Shown here piece after piece: positions 45,752 through 56,901 of a stretch of DNA of 64,000 nucleotides. Origin of the DNA: an uncultured Acidimicrobiia bacterium. GTDB lineage: Bacteria > Acidobacteriota > Terriglobia > Versatilivoradales > Versatilivoraceae. The notes under the pieces were generated by a model. That model searched no databases. It was given only the letters and a program-made list of their open reading frames with translations, and had not been told where the DNA came from. The position numbers and the translations under genes were made by a program. The first letter of the stretch is position 1. Every line of letters begins with the position of its first letter. Location: the NCBI GenBank assembly GCA_963786955.1, contig CAWBAT010000006.1, positions 32,001 through 96,000 of the forward strand, in the 5' to 3' direction.

Positions 45752-48700
45752 TTGAGTTTCTTGACTATAGACCCGACTGAAATGCCAAAACGCCTAATGC
45801 GACTTACTTTCTCTAAGCCCTCGCTCATCCCTGTGATGCTGCTTGCAACGGCGACGTTCTTCGGCTTGTATTCTCGTGCCGCAGAGCAGCCGGTTCAAAA
45901 ATATCCCTCCTTTGAATCGGAAGTTCTTCCCATCTTTCAGGCCAACTGTCTGCATTGCCATGGCAATGTTCAAGGGCAGAAAGGTTTGGACTTGACGTCC
46001 CGGGACAGCGCCTTGAAGGGTGGAGAATCTGGCCCATCCATATTTCCAGGGTCGCCAGCAAAGAGTTTGTTGATTCAAAAAGTATCCTCTGGGGTGATGC
46101 CCCCAGGCAGCAATAAGTTGAGCTCTGCGGACATTGAAACGATTCGCCGTTGGATTGAGGCCGGGGCACTAAAGGATGGAGAAGAACCGGGGAGCGCCAA
46201 GCAGAACCTCCAGAACAGGCAAGTTACCGAACGGGAGGTTCTGGTGAGCATTCTCCACGTGAAATGCCTGGTTTGCCACGGGAAACAGGTCGCCGAAGCA
46301 GGACTGGATATGAGGACACGTGACGGCTTACTAAAGGGAGGGAAATCTGGCCCGGCCATTATTCTCGGTAAGCCTGAACAAAGCCTTCTAATCAAGCACA
46401 TCGCCGATGGTCATCCTTCCCCAGAGATGCAAAATGAATATTTTGTGAGGCCCGTAACTTCCGACGAAGCGGGGAAATTGTCCGCGTGGATCGCGGCGGG
46501 CGCTCCGCCCGAAATAGACGACGTGTTGCGTGTCGCGGATGGACCCGACCCGTTGGTGCGGGAGAACGACCGAAAGTTCTGGTCTTTCCAGCCTCCAAAA
46601 AGAGGCGAGGTCCCAAGGATACGAAGCCAAAACCTCGTCCGGACCCCCATTGATGCATTCTTGCTGGATAAACTGGAGGCCAAGGGACTGAGCTTTTCGT
46701 CGGAGGCAGCTCCTTTAACTCTGCTTCGGCGTGCCTATTTTGACCTGATCGGTCTGCCTCCCGATCCTGAAGAAGTTCAGGTTTACCTCAAGGATCAAAG
46801 CCCGGGGGCCTACGAGCGTTTGATCGACCGGCTTCTAGCCTCTCCACAATACGGCGAGCGTTGGGCACGATTTTGGCTGGAAGCGGCAGGTTATGCAGAC
46901 TCGGAAGGAGGAGGGGGTGACTCCATTCGGCCCCACGCTTACCGTTATCGTGACTACGTCATTCGTTCGCTCAATGCAGACAAACCTTACGATCAATTTC
47001 TATTGGAGCAGATTGCCGGGGACGAATTGTTCGACTACAAGACGATTCAAGAGCCCACTCCGGTTCAGTTGGATTATCTCGTCGCGACAGGCTTCCTGCG
47101 GATGACTCCAGACCGAACACACGAACACGATGCAAACTTCGTCCCTACGCGATTGGAGACCGTTGCGGACTCGGTGGAAATGCTGAGTGCGAGCGTGTTG
47201 GGTCTCACTATGGGTTGCGCACGTTGCCATAGTCACAAGTTTGATCCGATTCCGCAACGCGATTACTATCGTTTCAGCGCTATTTTGCGAACGGCTTATG
47301 ACCCTTACGACTGGTTGATCCCCAATAAGCTCTTAGGAGGGAACCAAAAGCGTGAGCCTCCCGAACGCTATTTAATGAGCGTGCCTGAAAAGGAACGTCG
47401 AGAAGTTGAGGCCTATAATGCTCCGATCCTGGCCGAGAACGCAAAACTAGAACGCTCTTTGAAAGAACTGGCCAAGCCCTGGGAAGAAAAAATCCTTGCG
47501 GAAAATCTCACTCGAGTGCCAGCCGAGTCGAGGGTAGAGGTCAGGAAAGCCTTTGAAACACCTAAGGAAACGCGCACGACACTTCAGAAGGATCTCCTTG
47601 AGAAGTTCCAGCTTCCCGTTGAAGTAACACAGCAAGATCTAAAGGAGAGGTTTAAGGGTTTTAAGGAGCAGTCGGAAAAGCTCAACAAGACCATTGAACA
47701 GGCCAAGAACCAGTCGCGACCGCAGCCTCGAATCAGGGCGCTTTTCGATATGGGAGGTGAACCCACTCCCACCCGCATCCTTTTGCGAGGGGATCCTGCG
47801 AACCCTGGACAGCGGGTGGAGGCTGGCGTCCCGTCGGCGTTGCGGGAAGGGATTGCTCCGTACACCAGTTATTAAACCAATTGGTCAACAGGCACCAGTG
47901 GTTATCGCCTGGCTCTGGCCCGTTGGCTAATCCAACCGAATCATCCGCTCACCAGCCGGGTCATCGTCAACCGGATTTGGCAACAGCATTTTGGAAATGG
48001 AATCATCGCTACGCCGGAAAACTTTGGCCACCTGGGGGCAAAGCCTACTCATCCCGAACTTCTGGATTGGCTGGCAACGGAATTTGTCCAGCAAAAGTGG
48101 AGCATCAAAACTCTGCACAAACTAATCATGACTTCGAGCGCGTACCGGCAGAGGTTCACATTTTGACCCGTAGCGATGTCGGAAAAAGATCCGGATAATG
48201 CTCTGTTGTCGAGGTTTCCAATCCGCCGGATGGACGGGGATCAGATTCGAGATTCCATACTCAAAGTCTCGGGGCGTCTCGATTTGACCCCTTTTGGCCC
48301 GCCGGAAGGAGTCGAGGTAACCGCGGAAGGAGAGGTACTGAGCAAAGCGACTCCCACTGCTTGTGGGGGTTCGGTTTGTCTGGTTCCTGCCGTTCAGAGT
48401 GAAGTTCGCCGCAGTATCTACACGCTCGTTCGCCGGGAGACACCGCTCACTCTGTTGGAAGTTTTTGATGCTCCACAGCTACAGCCCAATTGTCTCAAGC
48501 GAGGCTATTCCACCGTCGCAACCCAGGCCCTGCAATTGTTGAATGGTAATATGATTCGGGAAAGCGCACGTTATTTTGCGGGCCGGACAATTGATTGGAT
48601 ATCCTATAACGTGGAACAGCAAGTGGAGCGCGTGTATCGGGTCGCATTGTCGCGTCCGCCAACCCAACAGGAAATTAAGCTCGGTGTGGAAGCGGTGCAG

Positions 48701-48839
48701 AATTTGACCCGTCAATGGTTCGAGCAACTCCAGAAAGGAAATGCCCGCTGAGCCTCGGCAAACCAAAGCCCAATGGCTAGGGCTGGCCAGTTTCTGCCAT
48801 ATTATTCTGAATTCGCCTGATTTTATTTACATCGACTAG
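45752..48839 (+). CDS. PSD1/planctomycete cytochrome c protein (DUF1549+DUF1553), frameshifted
   Basis: CLHCH, CLVCH, CARCH; [69 protein letters not shown]; ends FIYID* at 48839; start uncertain. Confidence 0.9.
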
Positions 48840-48852
48840 GAGGAGTCGCGTC

Positions 48853-50340
48853 ATGCTGCTGAAAAATCGTGCGGAGACTGAATTCAAGCAAACTCCCCAA
48901 TCCGAGCCTTCTCGCCGGGATTTTTTCTCGCAGGTTGGGTGATGGACTCTATGGAGCTGCCTTAGCCCGGCTATTTCAGGCGGACCTGTTCTCCCCGAGT
49001 ACAGCTTTGGCTGCTGTGCCGGAAATAAACGATGTGAAACCTCGTGCCCCTCATTTTTCCGCAAAGGCAAAGTCTGTCATCCAACTTTTCATGCACGGCG
49101 GTCCCAGCCAAGTAGATCTATTTGACCCTAAGCCGTTGTTGGAAAAACATGCTGGGCAGCCTCCTTCGCGTGAAATTGCGAACAATATCTTGTTCGTGAG
49201 TAACGCAGGGGGCATGATGCCGTCCCCCTTCAGATTTGCTAAGCAAGGGCAATCCGGAATGGAGATTTCTGAGATTATACCTTACTTGGCGAATCATGTG
49301 GACGATATTGGCTTGATTCGTTCCATGTTCACAACCAATTTCACTCACGGCCCGGCAGTGTTTCTGATGCATGGGGGGCGAATTTTCCCGGATCGCCCTA
49401 CGCTCGGCGCCTGGGTCGTTTACGGGTTAGGGAGCGAGAACCAAAACTTGCCGGCGTACGTCGTTTTGGACGATCCGAAGGGACTCCCGACGGTGGGGAT
49501 CCGAAATTGGCAGTCTGGGTGGCTGCCCCCAACCTGTCAAGGCACGCGATCTGCGCTCAACGGGTTCTCCAATGTTGAATTTGCGGCCTCCGGATGGTAT
49601 GCCTAAAGGTGTCCTGGAACTGGAGCGTTCACTCTTAGCCAAGCTAGCTACTGCCCATCGGGAGAGCCGTCCCGGCGCGCCGGATTTGGAAGCCCGCATC
49701 GCCAGCTATGAGTTGGCGGCGCGGATGCAGTTGTCTGCCACCGATGCCCTCGACTTGTCACAGGAAAGTGAATCGACACAGGAAATGTACGGGCTCAATG
49801 ATGAGCTGACATCCTCTTATGGCCGGCGGTGTTTGATGGCCCGCCGCTTGGTAGAACGAGGCGTGCGACATGGTGCAGATTTTTGTTGAATCGCAAATTT
49901 GGGATAACCATGCCGACCTCGAGCAAGGATTGAGATACAGCTGCGGCAAGACCGATAAACCTGTGGGCGCTCTCTTGACAGATCTGAAGCAGCGAGGATT
50001 ATACGATAGTACGCTGGTTGTCTGGGGCGGCGAGTTCGGACGTCTGCCACTTTCTCAGATACAACCGGGAAGAGAGAAAAGTGCCGGCCGCGATCATGGT
50101 CCGGCGGGGTTCACCGTCTGGATGGGTGGAGGAGGGATCAAAGGCGGAACAGTGTTTGGCGGCACAGACGAACTTGGTTACAAAGCTGTCGAGAATCCGG
50201 TGAGTGTGCATGATTTCCACGCCACCATCTTGCATCTTATGGGACTAGATTACACTAAGCTCGTTTACAACCATCACGGCCTGAATGAAAAGCTCACCGG
50301 CCAGGAACCTGCCCGCGTCATCAACGAAATCCTGGCTTGA
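48853..50340 (+). CDS. DUF1501 family protein, frameshifted
   Basis: GGAGGAG RBS; AKAKSVIQLFMHGGPSQVDLFDPKP, YGLGSENQNLPAYVV, ARRLVERGVR, WGGEFGR, GRDH, VHDFHATILHLMG. Confidence 0.92.
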
Positions 50341-50403
50341 GCTATCGCATTCTCGTGGATACGGTAACACCTGGCAGGGTTAGAGCTTCGGAGGATACTG
50401 ACT

Positions 50404-50829
50404 GTGTCGACCTGGTTACACTGGGCCTTGTTGTCAGCCGTTTTTGCTGCCTTGACGGCTGTCTTCGCCAAGGTCGGGCTCGAAGGAATTGAATCCGATT
50501 TCGCGACATTGATTCGTACCGTCGTCATCACCTTGACTTTGGGCGCCTTGGTCTATGCCACCGGCAAGTGGCGGAGTCCGTTTGGAATCCCGGCAAAGTC
50601 GGGTACATTCCTCGTACTCTCCGCTCTGGCAACCGGGGCATCATGGGTCTGCTATTTCCGTGCGCTCAAGGTAGGTGATGCATCCAAGGTGGCGCCAGTG
50701 GATAAGCTCAGCGTGGTGCTCGTGGCGCTGTTCGCCGTGGTCTTTCTCGGTGAACGCCCTGCGTTGCGTGATTGGATGGGTATTGCCTTGGTGGGTAGCG
50801 GCGTGCTGCTGCTCAGTCTGCGTCGCTAA
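50404..50829 (+). CDS. EamA/DMT-family small transporter
   Basis: WALLSAVFAALTAVFAKVG...SWVCYFRAL..GDASKVAPVDKLS; GGAGG RBS with GTG start. Confidence 0.92.
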   Translation: MSTWLHWALLSAVFAALTAVFAKVGLEGIESDFATLIRTVVITLTLGALVYATGKWRSPFGIPAKSGTFLVLSALATGASWVCYFRALKVGDASKVAPVDKLSVVLVALFAVVFLGERPALRDWMGIALVGSGVLLLSLRR

Positions 50830-50881
50830 TTAGGCAGAGGGACATGCACAAAGCCCCCCACAGCGAAAAAAGCTCTCGTTG

Positions 50882-50945
50882 GTAGCAGGAAGTTCGCATC
50901 GAAGACATGCACCCGACGCATGTCTTCGCCACCCGGCGGGGCTAC
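50882..50945. repeat. REP-like palindrome
   Basis: Perfect 11-bp stem CGAAGACATGC-N7-GCATGTCTTCG (50900-50928) bracketed by GTAG...CTAC. Confidence 0.5.
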
Positions 50946-50955
50946 TAGGCTTTCG

Positions 50956-50997
50956 AATAGAAAATGAGAAATGAACATTGAACAATGATAAATTCGT
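50956..50997. repeat. Degenerate 7-bp tandem repeat
   Basis: AATAGAA AATGAGA AATGAAC ATTGAAC AATGATA AATTCGT. Confidence 0.65.
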
Positions 50998-51170
50998 CTC
51001 CTTTGAAAAACCCCTCTTGGTCAGAGAGGAGGGCTTTGGCCCTCAGAGTTGGGTAGTCGATTCGTCTCCACCGTGCTGTGTTTCTCCTATGGCTTGTTCC
51101 CACCCAGACACTTTTGTACGTTCAATTCCCTGCCCCCGATCTATTAATGACGCCACGATTTGCCCCTTGC

Positions 51171-51199
51171 TTGACACCCCCTAGAGCCTGTGCTAGCTT
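51171..51199 (+). promoter_or_regulatory. sigma70 promoter of gcvT
   Basis: TTGACA (51171-51176), 17 nt, TAGCTT (51194-51199) with extended TG. Confidence 0.6.
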
Positions 51200-51233
51200 G
51201 GCCTTGGTTGAAGCTGAGTTCGTCTCAACGCCG

Positions 51234-52347
51234 ATGACTTCCAATACACCTCTAAAAAAAACCCCTCTCTATAGCCTGCACAAGGAACTTGGCGCCAAGA
51301 TGGCCGAGTTTGGCGGATGGGAGATGCCCATCGAATATTCGGGTATTACCCAGGAACATTTGGCCGTTCGCCATGCCGCCGGATTGTTCGACATCAGCCA
51401 CATGGGGCAAATCCTCATTGATGGCCCTGAAAGTCTGAACTTGCTTCAGCAAGTCACTTGTAATGACGTTTCCAATCTAAAAGAACAGCAGATTCATTAT
51501 TCCGCTCTCCTCTACCCGGAGGGCACTTTCGTAGACGACATCCTGGTGCACCGGGTCGGCCCCAATTCCTATCTACTCTGTGTCAACGCCTCGAATACAG
51601 ATAAAGATTTCAAATGGATTAGTCGCCACAACCGTTTTGATGCCCTCGCCTCCAATGTGAGTCCAGAATTACGCGCAATTGGCGCTCCAAGGCCCGAAAG
51701 CCGCTCCAGTTCTACAGACCTTAGTCGATATCGATCTCGGCAAAATCAAATATTACTGGCTCGGACTCGGCCGAATCCAAAATGTCGAATGCTTGTTTAC
51801 TCGAACAGGTTATACAGGTGAAGATGGTTTTGAAATTTACTGCGAGCCTGAGCTAGCCCAACAACTCTGGAATTTGATTCTCAAGTGCGGACAACAGGAA
51901 GGAGTCACCCCGGTTGGGCTCGGAGCACGGAACACCCTACGCTTGGAAGCCAAAATGGCTCTGTACGGCCACGAAATCTCCGAGACGATCACCCCCTGGG
52001 AAGCAGATTTGGGTTGGATCGTCAAACTCGATAAAGGAAATTTTGTGGGCCGCGAAGCGCTTATCCGTCAGAGGCAGTCGGGAATCCAGAAGAAATTGAT
52101 TGGATTTGAGGTGACCGGAAGAGGAATCGGACGCGACGGTTACCCGGTGCTGATCAATGGCGTCGAGGCGGGTTCTGTTACCAGCGGTGGTCCTTCCCCA
52201 TTCTTAAAGAAGAACATTGGTCTAGCCTATGTGCCCGTGGCAAACAGCAAAATTGGCACATCGATAGAGATCCGGGTAAGATCACAGCTCTGTTCCGCCA
52301 TCATTGTCGAGACACCTTTTTACAAACGAAAGACCGTTAGTCGTTAG
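51234..52347 (+). CDS. gcvT: Glycine cleavage T protein (frameshift near 51670)
   Basis: KKTPLY, FGGWEMPIEY, GLFDISHMG, ALQGP, RTGYTGEDGFE, GLGARNTLRLEA. Confidence 0.96.
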
Positions 52348-52404
52348 CCCAAAGACAATTGGCGCCATTCTTGATGCACTAATTTGTAAAGCTATTTCAA
52401 TATT

Positions 52405-52433
52405 TTGACAGGAAACTATTCAATCATTACTTT
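52405..52433 (+). promoter_or_regulatory. Possible internal sigma70 promoter for gcvH-gcvPA
   Basis: TTGACA, 17 nt, TACTTT in AT-rich gcvT-gcvH spacer. Confidence 0.45.
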
Positions 52434-52510
52434 ATGTATTTAAGATTCGTAGGTAGCAGACAGCCAGCAAAAAATTTCGTCTCTTGCCAATAGATTCTCA
52501 CGGAGGGCTC

Positions 52511-52903
52511 ATGAAATTCCCTGAAGATTGTCTTTATACGAGACAGCATGAGTGGGTTCGTTATTTGGATGGCGTCGCGACAGTTGGGATTACCGAGTAT
52601 GCGCAGCAAGAATTAGGAGACGTGGTTTTCGTCGAGCTGCCCAAAGTGGGCGACAGCTTCGACACCAATGAAACCTTTGCAAATGTGGAGTCCGTTAAAG
52701 CCGTGTCTGAGGTTTTTTGTCCCGCCGCGGGTGACATCGTCGAAATTAACGAGGAACTGGTAGACTTTCCGCAACACGTGAATGACGACCCCTATGGCGA
52801 CGGGTGGTTTCTCAAACTGAAACTGAACGACCCCAAGGAACTCGAGGACCTGCTAAAGCCTGAAGAATACGCCGAAATGGTGGCTGAGGAATCGGCAGAA
52901 TAG
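52511..52903 (+). CDS. gcvH: Glycine cleavage H protein
   Basis: HEWV, VGITEYAQQELGDVVFVELP, lipoyl-Lys VESVKA, NDDPYGDGW. Confidence 0.97.
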   Translation: MKFPEDCLYTRQHEWVRYLDGVATVGITEYAQQELGDVVFVELPKVGDSFDTNETFANVESVKAVSEVFCPAAGDIVEINEELVDFPQHVNDDPYGDGWFLKLKLNDPKELEDLLKPEEYAEMVAEESAE

Positions 52904-54245
52904 ATGAGATATATCCCGAACGCCGCAGCAGATCAGGAAAGCATGCTTCGCGAAATGGGGCTTAGTTCGCTTGAAGAGCTCTTTTCGGGTGTTCCAAAAG
53001 ATATTCGGCTCACCCGGGCTCTCGCTCTTCCACCGCCCCACAGTGAGCCGGAACTGCTTGAACTCTTCCAAAGTTATGCTTGCCGGAATACTGCCGGGAT
53101 GACCAGTTTCCTGGGCGCAGGGGTTAATGAACACTTTATTCCCACCGTCATCGACAGTTTGATTTCGCGCGGAGAGTTTCTGACTTCCTACACGCCTTAT
53201 CAGCCGGAATTGGCGCAAGGAACCTTGCAGGCTATCTTTGAATTCCAGACCTTTATGTGCCAGCTCACCGGCATGGAAGTATCCAATGCTTCGATGTATG
53301 ACGGGAGCACGGCTTTGACTGAAGCGGTCCTGATGGGAGCTCGCGTCAGCCAAAGGAATCGACTGCTAGTTGCCTCATCCGTTCACCCGGAATACCGCGC
53401 TGTCGTCGCGACGACTATTCGACAGCAGGGACTCACTCTGGAGCTTATTGGATATGATGAAGACGGAAGAATCGACACCAGCCGTCTCGAAGCAGCCATG
53501 GGAAACGACATTGCTGCCATCGTTGTGCAGTCCCCAAATTTTTTCGGAAACCTGGAACCCCTAAAAGAACTTTCCGCGATCGCTCACAAGCATAGCGCCT
53601 TGTTGATTGTGACCGTGGCTGAAGCCTTGTCATTAGGAATCGTCACTCCTGCCGGCGAGGCCGGGGCAGACATTGTCTGCGGCGAAGCTCAGTCTCTCGG
53701 AGTTCCGGTGAGTTTTGGCGGACCTCATGTCGGTTTTCTCTGTTGCCGGGAGAAATCCCTTCGAAATCTTCCCGGGCGCCTGGCGGGGCAAACCGTCGAC
53801 CTTGACGGAAAACGCGGCTTTGTATTGACTCTTTCCACACGGGAACAACATATCCGCAGGGAAAAAGCCACTTCCAACATTTGCACGAACCAGAATCTGA
53901 TCGCTCTCATGTCTACGATTTATTGCAGTCTCCTGGGAAAAACCGGGATTCGGGAAGTGGCTCTGCAGAACGTCGCAAAGACCCAGTATGCACTTTCAGA
54001 AGTGCAGAAAGCCTCTTCAATTGAAAGTGCTTTTCGAAGGCCCGAGATTTAACGAATTCGTGGTTCGGCTGCCCTATTCGTACAACCAAATTTCATCAAA
54101 AGCCTTGAGTGCAGGAATCATTCCGGGGCTTCTATTGGAGCGATACTACCCGGAACTAAAGAATTGCCTGCTTATCTCGGTAACCGAAACCAAGAAGAAG
54201 ATTGCCATTGATCGATTGATTCATCTCCTGGAAGCAAATCACTAG
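52904..54245 (+). CDS. gcvPA: Glycine dehydrogenase subunit 1 (frameshift near 54010-54035)
   Basis: MRYIP, SFLGAG, TSYTPYQPE..QGTLQAIFEFQ, NASMYDG, REQHIRREKATSNICTNQ. Confidence 0.96.
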
Positions 54246-54369
54246 GAGTAATTACATCAATTTCCATTCAACGTTTCTTCAGCATTCTTGATCCAAATGG
54301 CGTCCTCTCGCCGACTGCCCAACGCGAGAGCTGAGGCGGCGCAGGTATTTTGAAAGGCGGATGTTGGCT

Positions 54370-55854
54370 ATGAGTATCCGAAAATCGACGCCACACGTGG
54401 TCGCCAATGAAGGCCTGATCTTCGAACGCAATTCCCCTGGCAGAACCGGCTATTCCCTTCCGCCCTTGGATGTGCCGGCTCCGGATCTGACTTTAGCTTT
54501 GGGAGCGGAAAATGTCCGCCCCTTGATCGAGGAGTTCCCGGAGCTTAGCGAGATGGATGTCGTTCGCCATTTCACACGACTTTCCAGTTGGAATTACAGC
54601 ATCGACTCAGGGATGTACCCATTGGGTTCCTGTACGATGAAGTACAATCCTAGAATCAATGAACGGGTCGCCCGGCTCGACGCCATCGCTCATGCTCATC
54701 CCCTAACTCCCGAGATTCTGGTTCAAGGGAACTTGGAAATTCTAAAGACCCTGTCCGATTTTCTCGTGGAAATCACTGGGATGGATGCGGTCAGCTTGCA
54801 GCCCCCCGCGGGCGCAAGCGGAGAATTAACCGGTGTCTTGCTGATACGTGCCTGCCTGACTCAAAGAGGTAACCCCAGGAAGATAATCCTCATCCCCGAT
54901 TCGGCCCATGGGACTAACCCGGCCAGTGCGGCCATTGCCGGTTACACGGTCCAGCAGCTTAAGTCCGATTCACATGGTTGTGTCAGTGTCACTGCCTTGG
55001 AGGAGGCCATGACAGACGATGTGGCTGCCTTAATGCTGACCAATCCGAACACTCTGGGGATCTTTGAACGGGAGATATCGGCGATTTCCGAAGTGGTTCA
55101 CAGCCGCGGTGGGCTGATGTACATGGATGGCGCGAATATGAACGCTCTGCTCGGTGTGACTCGCCCCGGCGATTTCGGCATCGATGTCCTCCACATGAAC
55201 CTGCATAAGACTTTTTCAACGCCTCATGGTGGCGGAGGTCCAGGCTCCGGCCCGGTTGCAGTCAAGAAGATTCTAGAGCCCTTCTTGCCTTACCCCACTG
55301 TTGGAATGAATCCTGAGGGGAAATACTTCCTCGATTACAACCGTCCAGAATCCATTGGGAAAATGAAGGCTTTTTATGGCAATTTTCTCACCGCCGTGCG
55401 CGCGCTCTGCTATATTCTGGCCAATGGTGCCGAGGGTCTTAAGGAGACCAGCATGGTTGCAGTTCTGAACGCCAATTACATCAAGCATCACTTGAGAAAT
55501 CATTTTGAACTTCCCTATGACGAGCCTGTCCTGCATGAGGTTGTCTTTACAAACAAGCATCAAGCCAAGCATCAGCTAACAGTCATGGATATTGCGAAGC
55601 GACTCATTGATTATGGCTTTCACCCCCCGACAGTGGCTTTTCCACTGATTGTGTCTGGCGCTTTGATGATTGAACCCACGGAAACGGAAGGCAAAGAAGA
55701 GATTGATCTCTTCATCGAGGCCATGAAGTCCATCGCCGAGGAAGCTGAGAGTAACCCCGACCTGTTGCACCATGCCCCGCATACGACACGCTTAAAGAGA
55801 CTGGATGAAGTCCAGGCAGCCCGTCGACCCATTCTGCGCTGGAAAAGCGAGTAA
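54370..55854 (+). CDS. gcvPB: Glycine dehydrogenase subunit 2
   Basis: YPLGSCTMKYNP, DSAHGTNPAS, PLP-Lys NLHKTFSTPHGGGGPG, IEPTETE. Confidence 0.97.
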   Translation: MSIRKSTPHVVANEGLIFERNSPGRTGYSLPPLDVPAPDLTLALGAENVRPLIEEFPELSEMDVVRHFTRLSSWNYSIDSGMYPLGSCTMKYNPRINERVARLDAIAHAHPLTPEILVQGNLEILKTLSDFLVEITGMDAVSLQPPAGASGELTGVLLIRACLTQRGNPRKIILIPDSAHGTNPASAAIAGYTVQQLKSDSHGCVSVTALEEAMTDDVAALMLTNPNTLGIFEREISAISEVVHSRGGLMYMDGANMNALLGVTRPGDFGIDVLHMNLHKTFSTPHGGGGPGSGPVAVKKILEPFLPYPTVGMNPEGKYFLDYNRPESIGKMKAFYGNFLTAVRALCYILANGAEGLKETSMVAVLNANYIKHHLRNHFELPYDEPVLHEVVFTNKHQAKHQLTVMDIAKRLIDYGFHPPTVAFPLIVSGALMIEPTETEGKEEIDLFIEAMKSIAEEAESNPDLLHHAPHTTRLKRLDEVQAARRPILRWKSE

Positions 55855-55877
55855 ATCTTAATATATCTCTCTCTTAG

Positions 55878-56157
55878 AACGCGCGCGGGACCGCCGTCCC
55901 CCCGCGCGCATTCATCAGCATTAGTTAAGCGTGCGCAGGAGTGCCCGCTCCACCAAGTGACGCGGTCGATAATTGCAATTCAGGCCAGGAAAAGGTTGTT
56001 AAATCATTGATGTCTATTCCTTCTGTCAAGCGCTATTATGATAATATTGTTTATTCGAATGAGTCGTGACGACTTACAATAGTTTTGGGTGGAATGCGCG
56101 CTCCCGCGCGCATTCATCAAGCATTAGTTAAGCGTGCGCAGGAGTGCCCGCTCCACC
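55878..56157. repeat. Two composite REP units upstream of RAYT
   Basis: 55878-55954 and 56087-56157 share CCCGCGCGCATTCATCA(A)GCATTAGTTAAGCGTGCGCAGGAGTGCCCGCTCCACC; second unit starts GGGTGGAATGCGCG. Confidence 0.9.
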
Positions 56158-56166
56158 TTGGCCAAA

Positions 56167-56643
56167 ATGACGCCACCGAAACAGTTTCCGAAAACACTCC
56201 ATCATCAGCTACCGAATTGGGTTGATCCATGTGGCGCGGTCTTTCACATCAGGATTCGAGTTGCGGAGAATAACCCCATTCCTTTGAGTAACGAGATACT
56301 AGCCCCCAAGCTTCTAGGCTCGGTGCAAGAGTATGCACGGGAAAAGATATGGTGGCCGAGTATCTTCCTGCTCATGCCAGACCACATTCATGCATTGCTT
56401 TCCTTCAACCCTACACGCAAGATGAGTCGGATAATAGGGGACTGGAAAAAATGGAACCATGAAAAACACAGAGTTAGTTGGCAAAAGAACTTCTTTGATC
56501 ACCGGTTACGAAGAGATGAATCGCTTGAAGAGAAAGCGACTTATATCCGGAGGAACCCTGTTGTCAACTGATTGTGCTCGAAACCGGAGGATTGGGCGTG
56601 GGTGTTGGATACCAAAACATTGAGTAGCAAATTGACCTTGTGA
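56167..56643 (+). mobile_element. REP-associated tyrosine transposase (RAYT/TnpA-REP) with in-frame TGA at 56569-56571
   Basis: HUH motif MPDHIH, WQKNFFDHRLR, catalytic YIRRNPV; frame continues LCSKPEDWAW after the TGA; flanked by REPs. Confidence 0.9.
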
Positions 56644-56774
56644 GGGTGGAATGCGCGCTCCGTCGCGCATTCATCAATCGTGCACGGAGCAAAGAGCGTG
56701 CGCAGGAGCGCCCGCTCCACCTAACCTCCATCTAATGTGTCGGGAGGACAGGTGTCCGGGGGAGCCGCTCCACC
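56644..56774. repeat. REP units downstream of RAYT
   Basis: GGGTGGAATGCGCGCTCCGTCGCGCATTC...GCGTGCGCAGGAGCGCCCGCTCCACC (56644-56721) and a degenerate copy ending CCGCTCCACC (56774). Confidence 0.88.
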
Positions 56775-56901
56775 TCGCGAAGCTAAGAAAACTAAAGACT
56801 AATCTGACCTACTGCCTCGAATTATATCTAATGTGAAACATTCAACAATAAATTCTAAGCAACTTTAAATAAAGCACTTGTATTACTTACATTCAGATCA
56901 G

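Noticed and set aside
50830-51233. Glycine riboswitch upstream of gcvT
   Set aside because: No recognisable GGAGA...CCGAAG...CTCTCAGG aptamer; the predicted promoter leaves only about 30 nt of leader
56569-56571. Selenocysteine or genetic code 25 reading of the RAYT TGA
   Set aside because: Position corresponds to Gly, not Cys, and many genes in the window end with TGA
55878-56774. CRISPR array from the repeated 70-bp units
   Set aside because: Units are long, irregularly spaced, flank a RAYT and have no unique equal-length spacers or cas genes
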